From Felis catus (Eukaryota): a stretch of 64,000 nt of DNA. The DNA lies in contig NC_058382.1 of NCBI RefSeq assembly GCF_018350175.1, positions 59,026,001 to 59,090,000 on the forward strand, given 5' to 3'. The stretch's first letter is position 1. Every line of letters begins with the position of its first letter. Below the pieces are notes generated by a model. That model had not been told where the DNA came from and searched no databases. It was given only the letters and a program-made list of their open reading frames with translations. Positions 12,165 to 25,443 of the stretch are shown in pieces. Both the position numbers and the translations under genes were made by a program.

Positions 12165-12375
12165 GGATGCTTAGTCGCCACATTAAAAAAGAAAAAGCTG
12201 AAAAGGAAGCAGGTGAGGTTAGTTTCAGCCGCGTATTTCATTCAACCCCGCACACCCAAAATATTATCATTCCAGCGAGTCACTGAATATCAGAAAACAC
12301 CGCGGTACTTTCTTTATGGGGTGCTACGTCTTTAAAACCCAGCGAGCGTTCTGCGCTCACGGCACGTCTGGATTT
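12165..12375 (+). mobile_element. hAT-Charlie MITE fragment (MER33-like)
   Basis: gccacattaaaaaa...caggtga...caaaatattatcattcc resembles the recalled MER33 consensus. Confidence 0.65.
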
Positions 12376-13739
12376 ATTATTTGTTCATTTTTTAATGACG
12401 TTTTTCAGTGTTACTGGGGGGGGAGCCGCGCGGCAGGTGCAGTCCCGTCTCTCTGGCCGCCCTTGTGCACGCTCCTCTGGAAAGGTACGGCCCCGCACAG
12501 CGCTCGTCCCTGCCGCGGTCAGCCGCGGAGCGCCGCACAAGTGTCGCCCCAGCCTGCGTCAGCTCTAAGAGGGCGAAGGTCGTATCGCTTCTGTTGTGCT
12601 TTTTTTTTGCTGTCACGGCTAGTCCGGTGCCTGACACACAGAAAATGTCACAGGGTTGCGTTTTCCCTGATGCCCGACTCTCCTCTGCTTGAGTCCCCCA
12701 GCTTATCGTGAGCAATTTCTTGGTGCATAAAGGGCAGTGAGTACTTGTCAGGCGGAGACACAGTCTTCCGGAGGCTCCTGCCCCCACTCCTGTTGTCTCT
12801 TTCCACCTGGGGTCGCCCCGATCCCTTTTCGCACTCAGCCCGGGAGCCAGCGGTAGGGCTCACCCGACAGGTAAACGTGGATAGAATGAACCGGGCCCTG
12901 GGAGCCCAGCCTGGCTTTTTCCCCTGGGAGTGAGCGACCCTCAGGAGACGCACATTCCGTTTACTCTCAAGGGTCTGGGGCTGAGGGGCATGGGTGATGC
13001 ACGGCTTCTGCGGGCTGGTGGGAGGTCTGTTGCTCACCTCGGATATTAGCCACATTCTCCAACGGAGCTTTTAACATAGATGTTTTTACTTCTTTCAACC
13101 CAATTCCATCATTTCCCAGATGGTTCAGAATTCAGGCGAACCCCCAGTTTTACTGGCGAGAACCCCACCAAGGGGCAGGCAGGGGGTGTGAGCTCCCCGG
13201 GGCACCACATTATACGGTGCAGGGCCCCAGGGGGCTCCCAGGTCCCCGTGTGCGGCGTGGGGGTCATGCTCTGGCGCATGAGAAAATGCTAGCCGGGGTA
13301 GCATTTCTCACTCTGGACGCACCCCTGCAGGCGAGGACCTCCCTGAAGAATCAAAGGGAGTGAGGTCTTTAGAGCACCATGGAAGAGACCCAGGGCTCCG
13401 TGTTTAATCTCTGAAGCTTCCAGGGAGGCAGGGAGACCGTTCACACTGCAGACCTGACCTCTGGATTTATAGGTTTTCGAGTGAGTTCTGTCCTGGCCCC
13501 TCTGGTGAGAAGGATGCTCCCGGGAAGCTGGGTTTGTGGGGACGGGGGTGGAATAGGAACAAGAGGGCGGGGTGGCAGCTGGGGACTGTGAGAAACAGGA
13601 AAAGTCCTTGGAGCTCCATTAAGGGCAGACGGTTGTCTTTCCCAGCATCAGAATAGTCTCCATGGGCCCCATAATTCATGCTGCAGAGCCAAGCTGGAAA
13701 TCGGCTCAGAGAAGCCGCTCTCGGGATGACCACCGGCTA

Positions 13740-13945
13740 TGACACACGCGTGTGCACGTGTATGTATGTGCAGGCATGTGGGTGTGAGTGTGTGTGCCTG
13801 TGGGGGCGTGGGCATGTGCGTGCGAGTGCAAGCGTGTGCCTGTGTGTGTGTGCGCACGTGTGCATGCACACATATGCGCATAGGTGCCTGTGTGTGCCCG
13901 TGCCCGTGTGTGCACGCGTGCGTGTGCGTGCACGTGCGTGGGTGC
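13740..13945. repeat. Degenerate alternating purine-pyrimidine (TG/CA/CG) tract
   Basis: Directly visible. Confidence 0.85.
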
Positions 13946-16900
13946 GGAAGAAAAAGGCTTCGGGGGGACAAGACCGGGCACCAGCGAGCCTCCCTCCGCC
14001 CCCGGACCGGGGGAGACCCTGCCGGTGCCCCAGCACCTCCTCCCCTCTGAATCCCACAGTCTTTGTTTTCATTAGCAAAGCAATATGTAATAATAGTTGT
14101 TAAAATAATTGTATTTCTGTTTTTACATCTGTAAAGATTAAGTTAAACAGTATGAAGCCCATTAAACTATTTCATGACACGCTGCCGTAAATTGCCCTCC
14201 GTTCCCACTGCTACTATTATTCCAGAGTAAACTTCAGAGATGGGGCGGCTGCCGCGGAGGGTTATTTATAGCGGCTCATTCATCAATAAAAAACTTCAAA
14301 AGGAATCTGTTACTCTTCTATTGGGAAGCCAAAGAAAACGCACATAAAGACAGCCCTGTTGAGAAACAAAGCGGAGGTGACCGCAGGACATTTAGTTAAG
14401 TAAAATCCCGATTTCTAACAAATACCATGTCGCAAAAAAAGAGATTGCTGGCAACGTGAGTCCATTTAAGCAACCCGGTTCCCATTGGATAGTTAAAATA
14501 AGCTGTTAAACAGTTGTATTTACGTTGGCTTCAAAGGGCCTGGGCCTCCTTTGGGGTTTTAAAAGCGTAATAGGTTTGTGATCCTGACGCAGCGAAGCAA
14601 ATCTTTTCATCTTAAGCAAGCTCAGGGGACAGACTCATCCCCTTGCCTCTTGCTTATGCTTTGAATCTACCGTCTTCTTGGCTTTTAATACGACACCAAG
14701 TTGGGGGCCGGAGTCGAGTCTCCGATGGCGGGCACACCGTTCGTTGAGCACTTACTACGTTCTCGGTGCCATCCTTCAGAAGCAGGTACTCTTGGCTCCA
14801 TTTCGCAGGCGAAGAAAACTGGACTCGAGGAGAGCTCGGTCCGTCACATCGGCCCCTGAACATCACCCCTCTGTGACCCCGTCTTTGGCTACATCTTAGA
14901 ATTGTGGCGATTTGCCCGGCGTTGGGCCCTGAGGCACGACCCGATGCAGCCCTTGGCACGTTCACGGACAACACAAGTGCCAAACACCTGGCACCTGGCT
15001 CCCCCACGAAGGCAAACCCCCAAATATCAAACGATGGGAGCCCTGGTATTTCTTGGCGTTTCTGTGCCTCGATCCTGCGCGGGACCCTGGTGGGCACGAG
15101 GCTGAGGACCCAGGAGATGAGCTGTGGGGAGGAAACCAGGTCTACCCGCTCCGAGTTGCGGAGACGTTTCGGACTTCTGGAGGCGGACGCTGGGATGCTG
15201 GCGGTGACGACGCAGGCCCGAGCATTCACGACTGCGGCGCAACTAGCCTGTGCTGGGAGCACCGCAGGCAAGAGCATCGCGGGTTCTCTGTCGCCTATTT
15301 TTCCCAGGCCTGTGATGTGAGTGGTCGCGTCGGGCCCATTTCCCAGGTGAGCCCATTGAGGCTCAGAGGGACTGACTTGCACGAGGCTGCTCAGCTGGGA
15401 CTGGAGAGAGGCCTCAGCCTCGGGGGAGGAGTGGGCGGCTCCCGTCTTTCTCTCTCTGCCTGTGCTCAGGAATGGAAGCCTCTGGATTCGGACAGGACGG
15501 GGTCGTGCCGTTTGCCGTGCGGCCTGTTTACGACGCGGAACTGGCCAGGCGGCTGAGTCGAGGGGGGAGATCGGCACGCCCTCCGCTCGCCAAGCTGCGC
15601 ACCCCCGGGGACGGCGGCCCGGGAGCCGGCCCTATCTGGCATGGGAATCTGTCTCTGCCGCTTGTTAGCGAGTTCCACAGCCTCTTGGGACTCAGATTTC
15701 TCACCCCTCAAATGGGGCAATAACATCAAGGCGGTGGCGAGGACCGCACGGGATGAGGTCATTTATCTGACTGGCGCAGCATAATCATCGCCGCGGCCAG
15801 CATCGCCTGGGCGCCTGCTCTGGGCCAAACCAGGAGCCTTACCTGTGGACTCATGTATCCCCTCCGGCAGCGCTGAGGTGGGGGGGGGGGGGAGGCGGGG
15901 CGGGGCTCCTGCTATCCTCACTCCGCAGACGGGGTGGGTAGCTTTCCCAGCAGCACTCGCTCCGAGTGGGAGAGCAGGGAGGCCAGCCCAGGCAGCCCGG
16001 CTCTGGAGCCTGTTCTCATCCTCCGCCTTGGCAGGTCCTCAGTGAGGAAGGATGGACTGGGTGCCTCGCTTTACGGCACCCCGACGGGGCAAACACGAGA
16101 GAGGGTGCTTATTCTGGACGCGTGCGGGCCGCTAGGCATTCTTCGTACCACTCCCGGGACACCGTCCCCAGAATGCTCTGAGTCACGTTCTAGGATGCTG
16201 TCTTCCCGTTTGCAACACCTGATCTGGGCAGGCAGCCTGTGTGTGCTCCGGAATGGGGGCTGGGAGCCCATCGCTGGTGTCACTGCCGTGGATCTCGGCA
16301 GATGAACCCCAGCAGAGCTGGGAGGGGCCCCCGTCACACATGCCTGACCACAGACCCTCCTTCTAGGGTCCGGACTCTGAATCTCAAAGGACACGCACTT
16401 AGTTTTTCTTCAGAGCCTGAGGCAGGTGCCCCATGTCAGGCACATAGAGCAGGGACCCAGTTACTTCCTTCTGTGGGAACCGTATTCGTTTCTCATCAAT
16501 GGCTACGAGGGGGGATTCGGAGGGCACCTCTGATTAGGGCTGGAGACCACAACAAAATGGAAATGCTGCCCGCTGCAATTTCCTTTAATTTCCTCGAATG
16601 CAGTTACCAAGGAGAACGGGTAACTGCAAAACCCAGAACCACTGTCGGGCCCCCTCGGAGGAAGCTTCTAGCACACAGCCCGCGGATAGTCTGGCCCGTG
16701 GATGCGGGATGAGGAGGGGGGAAGCTGGCACCCACCCCCGCCTGGCGCTCCCACCAGCGCCTTCAGGAGGTCCCCTCCTTGGACCCGCCCTGAGGACCGA
16801 GTGGATGCGGCCGCCTTTTGGATTTGCTGCCCACCTCACCCGGTTTTAAAAACGCACAGGGTTCCGTAAAACCGAAAAGACATTTGCCACGCCCCTTTCC

Positions 16901-17419
16901 CCTCCATTTTAAGACCCGTGCGGATTTGAAGGGGAATTTAATGCATGTGTTTCTGATCTGTTTGCTCTTAACTCATCAAAACCTTGTTTCAAAAAAGCCA
17001 TTTGATGTCCAAGGAGACGTTGGAGGGGCTTTAAATCTTTTCAAAGTCTTCCCTTCCCGGCTTTGAAATGAGATGTTGCCTTCTGCCAAGCGTAAATGAG
17101 CTCACCAGCCGAAAAAAGGCTCGTGTTGGGTTCACAGTTGGAGACTCTGAGTTCTCAGTGGGCTGTGAAGCGGGCGAAGTCCCCCTCCTCTGAGGTCCCC
17201 TCTCCTCCAGGCAGGACCCGTGTCCTGCGGCCTTGGCGTCGGGAGCCTGCTCACGGGCCGGGGGAGTGGCAGGGATCACAGAGCCCTCCTGGCCTGGCAC
17301 CTTGACTCTTCCCCGGGGACAGAGGAATGCCTGGCACACATTTTTGAGTTCCCACATTTAGAGGAATGTCACTTAGAAGTGACTGCTGATCTGTTTATGA
17401 AGTCTGAGTTACTATTATG

Positions 17420-17646
17420 ATTATTATTTATTTTTAATGTTTATTTATTTTTGAGACAGACAGTGTGAGTAGAGCAGAGAGAGGTGCAGAGAGAGGAATC
17501 CAAAGCAGAATCCAAAGAATCCGAAGCAGGCTCCAGGCTCCGAGCTGTCAGCACAGAGCCCGACGCGGGGCTCGAACCCACAAAATGCGAGATCATGACC
17601 TGAGCCCAAGTCGGACGCGTAACGGACCGAGCCCCCCAGGCGCCCC
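17420..17646 (-). mobile_element. CAN-SINE with internal triplication
   Basis: SINE body with the gaatccaaag unit repeated at 17496-17530. Confidence 0.93.
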
Positions 17647-17714
17647 TGAATTATTATTTTTTTTAATTGGAGTAGAGCTGATGGAGTCTGACTCTCTCCC
17701 TCCCGGTGCCAATC

Positions 17715-17850
17715 TTGATTCTGAAATGAATCTTGGACTTCATGCCATTTCATTCTTAAATATTTTGGCAAACATCTCCAAAACATAAGGAAGAGTTCCT
17801 TAAAAACCCACACCACCCTGATCACGAACTGGCAGCAAAAATTTCTAAAT
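17715..17850 (-). mobile_element. Old L1 (L1MC/ME-like) 3' fragment
   Basis: Reverse strand ...ccttatgttttggagatg...aaatatttaagaatgaaatggcatga resembles L1M 3' ends. Confidence 0.55.
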
Positions 17851-18499
17851 TTCATACCGTATCATGTCAGTGACTAATTTCCTCCCCTCTTCCCCCCTGC
17901 CCCCCACCCCCTTCTCATAAGGTGTAATTTGCAGATTCCGGACGGGCCTCACTGCTTTGCGATGGCCCACCTTACGGCAGGATCTGCATGAGCCCTGCCC
18001 GCGTCCAGCCTTGTGGGCGGTGCACTGTGCCCACAACCCCCCCGCGTTTTGATAACCCTGCTAAAAGTGTTTTCATATTTATCATTTCTTTCTCAGAGCA
18101 TCCCTTTGGTGTGGCCCAAGAAGGACTGAATAGTTAATTTGACCAAGCATTGTTTGCTGAGTACTTGCCTCGAGGGGGGTGGGGGGGTGGGGCCTCTTGG
18201 TCTGCTGTGTATCACTTAGCCGTGCCAGCGTGGGTGGGTCCCTTTGTGTCTCCAGACCGCCAGACCAAGGACTCCACAGAGGACCCAGACTTGTCACCAG
18301 CGGCCCAGGCCAGGCAAGCGTGGGCTGTTTTCTCTGGTTCAGCAAGATTTCCAAGCACACTGTGTGTCAGAGATCTTATTGTTGGTGGCAATTCTCGAAG
18401 CCCAGTGTCTATCGCCTTATGCCGGACCACTCTTACTACCTTCCGGACCCCCGGGGACGGTCGGATCTGCCACCCGGGTCACAGAGTGGCCTCTCAGAG

Positions 18500-19060
18500 A
18501 CTTTCCAGCCTTGACATTTCTGCGATTATGTCTTCGTCTTCACAACGTACACGCAGGTGGTGCACGCACAAACTCTCACACACGCGCACGCTCCATCGCC
18601 CCCCGGAGAATTCTACGCGCCGTTTCCGCCACCCGAGAGGTTCCCTCGAGCCCTTCCCCAGTCAACACGCCCGCCCCAGAGGTAACCGCTGTTTGCACGA
18701 AAACGTTGTTCACTCGTGCCCGTCATTCCCTCGCTCGGGGGTCGCACAGTGTGCGTCCAGCTTCTTTGTCGGTGTTACGCAACGACGCATCCACGTAGGT
18801 GTGTGCACCAGGGGTTCCTTGCTCGCTGCAGCGTGCTGTTCCCACGTACGGACCCTTCCCCCGCACGAATATACCACCATCTGTTTATCTGTGCTTTCCT
18901 AACCCATGCTTGGGCTGTGCGCAGTCCCACCACGAGTACCGTGGCTAAGAGTGCTGTCACACACATCTTTTTGCAGCACGGAGGCCCTCACGTCTGTCGG
19001 GTACGTGCTCAGGAAGGGACCACGGGGCGGTCACAGGGACCCCGTGTGGCCTTGCTGGGT
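18500..19060 (-). mobile_element. Highly diverged, GC-shifted L1M 3' fragment
   Basis: cccttccccagtcaac...ggtaaccgctg...ataccaccatctgtttatc order resembles L1M 3' UTRs. Confidence 0.5.
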
Positions 19061-21069
19061 CTGCGGGGCAGCGACCTGTGAGGCAGGACCCCTGCCTCCG
19101 CTTCTCACTCTCCCCCAAAGGCTTCCTGCTCTTCCCTCGCCGCACGGGAAGCACCTGGCACGCAGCGGGTGTCGGGCGAATGCAGCCGGCGTTTGTGGAG
19201 GAGGGAACGCTGCCCGACCCCCCTCCGGGCACACCGTCGCCACGGCCGCTGCCAACACCCGCACCACCCTCACGGACGACACCCGCGCACCACTCCTTCT
19301 GTCCTGGAACCCTTCCAGGCCTCCCAAAGCCCCGTGCCCACCTGGCAGAGGGCAAAGCTGAGGGTCAGTAGAGCAAATCGCTGGGTGCCCGTGCACCCCT
19401 CGAAGGGGGGTGTTCCTGAGACCCGTGCGCTCGGTCGTTAGAGCACCCCTCAGCCCTTGGTACCTCCAGCAAGGCCACAGCCAGACGGCCGTCCCAGCCT
19501 TTCTGTTCCCGGGGATGGTTTTCAGCGACAAGCGCATTTCTAGACGTCCCCTGGGATGCCTCCAGGGGCTACGGTCTGTTTATAAATGGCCCCTGGGCCT
19601 TTGCCTTTACTGGCCTCTATTGACAAATAAATGGCTGACTCACAGGAGTAAAAATACACTTCTGGTTTAGAGTTGTGTAGAGTTATTAAAAGTTTGTTGT
19701 GTCTACTCAGATGGTACAGCCGTGCCCCAGGACGAGGCAGCTGACCGACGGCGGGGCGGACGTAAGCTGACTCAGTTCCTGCCATGCGTCGTGGGCCCCG
19801 GTGGCAGAGCTCGCGAGGTCGCAGGGGTCGATTTCGCTGTGTGTTCTGGCCGGGCAGGGAGCGCGGATTTGGGGCCAGGAGCCCCCCGCGGGGGCCTCAG
19901 CAGCTGTGCGGCTTCTCAGCCGTGTGACCCTGGGCCAGTCTTGAACCTTGCCCCCAGGGCTGTCAGGAGGAGTGCTCAAACACGGCCCCAAACCAGCTGC
20001 CAGAGTGAACGCTCTGGGGCAGGGAGAGGTGGCCTGACGTGGGCTTGGAGAGGGAGGCTGGGCCAGAGCACGAGAGCCTGCCGAGGATTTGGGGCACACG
20101 TTCCGCCACCCCCCCCTTCCTGTGCCCTGGGCAGACATTGCTAATCGATCACAGTGCCTTCCCTGCGGGGCTGGAGACGCACTCTCGCAGGGCATGCCCC
20201 GTGGGATCCTCAGGGCGCGGCCAGGCACGGAAGCTAAAACCCGCGTGCCCTTGCGGAGGGGTATGAGCGTCTTCCAAGCTGTGAGCCTCGTTCTACGGGG
20301 ACTCCTGAAGGTGGCTTTGGTGGACACGAGGCCTCACGCGAGGTGCGCGTGTGTGGGCAACGCAGGAGTCACTTCCTGTCCCCTCTCGCTGCCAGCCTGA
20401 CCGTGGGAGAGGACGCCTGTCGAGCGGCCCCGCTCTGTCTTTACCCGTCTCTCAACACTCCCGACCCCCGATGTGACGAAGACAGACAAGCCTCGGCTCA
20501 GAGCCTTTGCTGGGCGTCCGGTTAGGGCCGGGACGCACTGTTTGGTCTTTGTGGGTTTTATTCCCACGGTTATTCTTCTCTTGCTGGCTCTACACTGGGT
20601 TTTCCATTGGTAGGGGGGACATGAAGTTGCTCGTAAAGGGGGTCTTGTCCAGCGAAGGGGAGTCAGTTTACAGGAGGGTCCAGTGAGCAAGGGTGTGTGT
20701 GTGGGGGGGGGGTGTGAGTGTGTCTGCGCCTGTGAAGACAGCCTGCGGGTCACGCGGGAATCTCCGAGATGCGGGGGCCTCGGCCTTGAGCTCCGGGGAC
20801 GTGTGGGAAAGTGTGGGCGGGCCCAGCACACCCTACGGCAGCGGTGGTCTCCCGAGGGGCCCAGAGCGCGTAGGGCGTAGGTGAGCGGGGGACCGGTGGG
20901 GCTTTGTGATGGGAGAGGAGGCCGAGGGAGCCCCAGAGGTCACCCAGGGCCTGTGCCGTGGTGACCAGTTGCCGGGATGTGCCCCTCGCCACCACATTCC
21001 TGGTGAGGAAGGGATGCCTCGGCCGTGGTCTGTCTATTTCCAGACCTCAGTCTTAGTTTCTTAGGCTTT

Positions 21070-21115
21070 TAGTATTTTTATTATTTTATTTTATGTTTTT
21101 TACAGTTCATTTATT

Positions 21116-21160
<45 letters not shown>

Positions 21161-21316
21161 ATGAATGAGCAGGGAGGGGCAGAGAGAGGCAGAGAGAGAA
21201 TGCCAAACACTGTCAGTGCGGAGCCAGATGCGGGGCTCGAACTCCTGAACCGTGAGACCATGACCTGAGCTCAAATCAAAAGTCAGATGCTTAACTCACC
21301 GAGCCACCCAGGCGCC
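21070..21316 (-). mobile_element. CAN-SINE with expanded (GA)n
   Basis: SINE body; TSD-like AGTTTCTTAG on both sides. Confidence 0.93.
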
Positions 21317-21344
21317 TCAGTTTCTTAGACTTGTAAACACTTTG

Positions 21345-21755
21345 GTAAAATACGTACAACATAAAATTTACCTTCTTCACCATTTTTAAATGTGCGGTTC
21401 AGCGGTGCTAATACCTTCACACTACCGTGCGACCGTCCGTCTCCGGAACTTTCCCGTCATCCCAAACAGAAACTCTGTCCCCATTAAGCACTAACCCCCC
21501 ATTCTCCCCACCCCAGCCCCTGGCACCCACCACCTTCCCTCTGTCTGTAGGGATTTCGTATTAGTGGAACCAGGTGTGATTCTTGGGAAGGCCACATTTT
21601 GCTTATCCACTCATCTGTCAATGGATGCTGGTTTCTTCTACCTTTTGGCTATTGCGAATAACGCTGCTATGAACATGGGCGGTGCGAATATCTCTTTGAG
21701 ACCCTGCTTTCATTTCTTTTGGGTGTACCCAGAAGGGGGATTGCCGGAGCAAATG
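21345..21755 (-). mobile_element. L1MB-like 3' end fragment
   Basis: aaaatttacc...cccaaacagaaactctgtccccattaag...ccttttggctattgcgaataacgctgctatgaacatggg. Confidence 0.8.
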
Positions 21756-21888
21756 ACCAGACCCCAATCCTGAAATCCCACAGGCATGAATCTCTAGTGA
21801 CGTAATTCAGTAGTAAGAGATAGGCCTATGACAGCAGATATTGTAGGGAAGATGGAACTGTCCCAACATCCCTTCAATCATAAGATAT

Positions 21889-22200
21889 GTGTCTGAACTT
21901 GGGTTCCCCAGAAGCAGAGCCTGAGGCAAGGATTGGGCGTGGCCCCAGGAAGCACTGGTAGGGGAGTGGGGAAGTGAGGCAAGGAAGGGACAGGGGCAAC
22001 AGATGTGCATTCATGAGGGGGTGACTTCTGAGGGCACTGGATTCAGCAACACCGGGGGCCTTCAGAGATTCTAGAACATGCCTTGGAGTCACCCCACCCA
22101 TTGGACGAGGAGGTATTTAGCCCCTGATTCTAGTTCACAGTTGGCTGCGGGCTGCTCTGGGGTGGGAGGGGGTTGCTCTTCCTGGACAGGATGTGGGCTC
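21889..22200. mobile_element. ERVL LTR fragment (LTR16/LTR33-like)
   Basis: gggttccccagaagcagagcctgaggcaaggatt...aggaagcactggtaggggagtggggaagtgag. Confidence 0.6.
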
Positions 22201-23579
22201 TTGGGCAGCCCCTGCCTCAGTACAGGTGGCCTTCAAGGCCCCCCAGGAAGCCCCCCCAACTCCAGCGGCTGGAGGAAGGGTATGCTTAGCTCCAAACTCC
22301 CCCCAGATCAGTGCCCTCCGCTTGGACCTCTGCTCCCTCTCGCCGGGCAGGCACGTGGACCTTCCTATGACTGCGAGAGACGGGCAGGGCTTGCTGTGCG
22401 AGTCAGAGGGCAAATCCTAAAACACTGGACCAGACTGCAGGTACTGTCGATACCAGGCCGGCAAACGGGGGCCCAGGGGCACCTCTGCACTCGACGCTCC
22501 CACCGGACACACTTCCCCTGCACCTCGGAGCCTGTCCGGGCGAAGCCGGCGTGTGTGAGCAGGCCCTGCTGTGCCCCAGCACCCCTCCACCACCTTGCTT
22601 CCCACTCTTCCCACTCGGGGAGTCTGGGGCCAGAGTCGGTGGGTCTCTGGGAGCAAAGCCTTCTCGGGGAGGCCACGGGCAGCGGCACGGCCTTGGGCGG
22701 CACCTACCTGATGGCGGTTTTCGTCTCTCAGTCTCCCGCGTCCAGAGACCAAAGAGCTAAGAGCTTCCCCGCCGGGCTGCACTTGAGGGATGGACTGTTG
22801 CAACTGTGGGGAGACGGGGTTTAACATTTCAGAGACAGAAATGGCCATCCGAGAAAGCTAAAATGATGTGTTTTGGCCCTGTCTCTAACCTCTGGAACAG
22901 TGCCCAGCTTCCGACAGTCTGATGCCGTTCTGGGGGAGGAAACCTTGTGTTGAGGAAAAGCACATTTGCTTCTGTTCAGTGTTCTCTCTCGTTTTGCAAC
23001 TTTCATTTCAGAGACCACAGACACGGCGTCTCTGAACAATTCTTCAGCCTCCCCCCGGACACCCAGGTGGTCAGAGCCGGCGCGTTCTTTCCAGGAAGAC
23101 ACAAGGAGGAAACGTTTCCTGAGAAACAACTAGTCTGGCCTCTACAATCCTCGTGGCTCTTTGCAAGAAAACACGTTCCCACAGTGATTGGAAAAAATTC
23201 TCCCAGTTAAGTCCTTTTTTATCAGAAAGGGATATTATCCCCCAAGTGACCAACTTGCAGAAAACAGACGTGTCTTGCGATTCACAGAATGAACGTTGGC
23301 TGTGATTCCCCGGCTCTTTGAGAACAAGTCAACACAGGTCACTTTTAACGTTCCATTTAGAATCTTGGGATCTGAATCCGGCGCAAAATGTGGTCTAATT
23401 TGGGAAATAAAAAAAACAAAAACAAAAACTAGCACCATATTCTACGCAAAGCAGCTGGTTGAGTCCATTGCAAAGTCAATGCTGATGGGTTATTTGTAAG
23501 AATATCTGCCTGCTTTTTCCCCCTCTTGCCACTCTTTTTAAGATTAGTGTTGTTGACATGCATGTACACAGTAAACATT

Positions 23580-23780
23580 CTTTTGAGAGAGAAAGAGCCA
23601 GAGAGTGTGTGTGGGAGGGGCAGAGAGAGAGGGAGACAGAATCCCAAGCAGAATCCCAAGCAGGCTCCAGGCTCTGAGCTGTCAGCTCAGAGCCCAATGT
23701 GGGGCTCGAACTCATGAATCATGAGATCGTGACCTGAGCCGAAGTTGGGCACTTAACTGACTCAGCCACCCAGGTGCCCC
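23580..23780 (-). mobile_element. CAN-SINE
   Basis: SINE body with a 12-bp tandem duplication CAGAATCCCAAG. Confidence 0.92.
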
Positions 23781-23781
23781 G

Positions 23782-23886
23782 AAGATATTATTTTTAGGTC
23801 ATCTCTACACCCAGCGTGGGGGCTCTTACAACCCTGACATCAAGAGTCGCACGCTCCCCCAACTGAGCCGGCCAGGTAGGTGCCCC
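23782..23886 (-). mobile_element. Short older CAN-SINE (tRNA-Lys-like head, no CT tract)
   Basis: atctctacacccagcgtgggg...atcaagagtcgcacgctc...ctgagccggccagg. Confidence 0.8.
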
Positions 23887-24117
23887 ACGAACGTACACAT
23901 TTTTGGTCTGAATGACGGTGACTCAAGTCGCAGAAGGGAAGTAGGACTGGGGCTCACTGAGTCCCTGGTAACCTTGAGCCACTCTTTGAATCTGGCCTCT
24001 GTTTCTTCATTTGTCATACAAATGGTCTCAACTAAGTTGTCTTTCTTGTGCTACTGCTTATGAAGAAGAAAATTAACGCCGTTAGGGGCAGACATTTATG
24101 CGACGAGTGCCTAGAGC

Positions 24118-24540
24118 AGCACTGTCCAGAACCTTCCGTGATAATGGAAATGTTCTCTGTACCCCACATGAGTGCTCTCCACTCGGGCAGCTGCGGGCCA
24201 CATTGGGGACAGCAACGGAGGGACCGAGTTTTAAAACCCATATGATTTATGGGGCGCCTGGGTGGCGCAGTCGGTTAAGTGTCCGACTTCAGCCAGGTCA
24301 CGATCTCGCGGTCCGTGAGTTCGAGCCCCGCGTCGGGCTCTGGGCTGATGGCTCGGAGCCTGGAGCCTGTTTCCGATTCTGTGACTCCCTCTCTCTCTGC
24401 CCCTCCCCTGTTCATGCTCTGTCTCTCTCTGTCCCAAAAATAAATAAACGTTGAAAAAAAAAATAAAAAAAAAAATAAAACCCATACGATTTAACTCACT
24501 GAAAGGTCAGTGGCCACATGTGGCTGGTGACGTGATACTT
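24118..24540 (+). mobile_element. MER3-like hAT-Charlie MITE interrupted by a SINE
   Basis: cagcactgtcc...gataatggaaatgttct before and gccacatgtggctggtg after the SINE. Confidence 0.65.
24251..24475 (+). mobile_element. Young felid-type CAN-SINE (SINEC_Fc-like) with 18-bp TSD
   Basis: Near-consensus, CpG-rich; TSD TAAAACCCATA(T/C)GATTTA at 24232-24249 and 24476-24493. Confidence 0.96.
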
Positions 24541-25443
24541 AGAAAGCCTGCAAGCTGGCACACAGAGCAGGCCTCGGTTTTCTCAACAGAAAAAGAGAAC
24601 TTTGGATAGTTTAGGGCTTCTCAAAATCTTCCACCAAAGTGCAACGTTACAGTCGGAATCTGGTTAGGAAAACAAGCCACTCCAAGTATTTCAAAGACAG
24701 GGACTCAGTGTAGGGAACTGGGTGTTTTCAAACCCCGGGGAGGGGGGTGTGTGGAATCGGGAGAGGCTGGACCCAGCCTTCGGGTTTGTTACCCTAAGTG
24801 CGATTCAAAGACTCAACAGGTTGGTGCTGCTGCCCAGAATGGCAAGGGAACACGGGGACCGTCGCAGAAACTCCCATGTGCCAAAGCCCGCGAATCCCCA
24901 TGGGCGGCACGCGTGCAGCAGACAGACCTCTGCAGCCGGGAGCCGGGAGAATCCTGGATCTGTCGTCTAGCCCCCAGGCGACATCCGGCAAACGCTTCTA
25001 ACACCACCGGAGGGTGAACGTGTGCCCCACGGACAGGACTGACATCTGTGCCTTTGCCTGCTCGGGGTCTGTACTCCATCTCCTGGCGACAGCGCTGTGA
25101 TCTTCCACGGGCGCCATCCCTCCCCTACACTCAGTCCATTCCCTTTGGGTCGGCTGCTTTATGTTTGTGTCCAGAAGTGGCCTGGGGATTCAGGCTGGGC
25201 AACGAGACGATTAGCTCATATGCCTCCTGCCAGAGGGCTGGGGTCAGGGATGGATATGAACCCATTTAAATCAAAGAGACTCAGTGGTCATGGACCACTG
25301 GGTAAGGAATTTCTCTGTTTGCCTGGGGGAGCTTAAGGAGATAGGATGGAAGGCAGGAGCTTAGGCAGCCATCCTGCCTCCATGAGGGCAGTTTCTGACT
25401 GTCAGTAGAGCCAACAGACGGGAAAGCGGAGGTAACAGATGGG

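Noticed and set aside
24645..24725. Possible old LTR fragment (also ~37080-37400, ~42490-42620)
   Set aside because: Similarity too short or diverged to name without an alignment.
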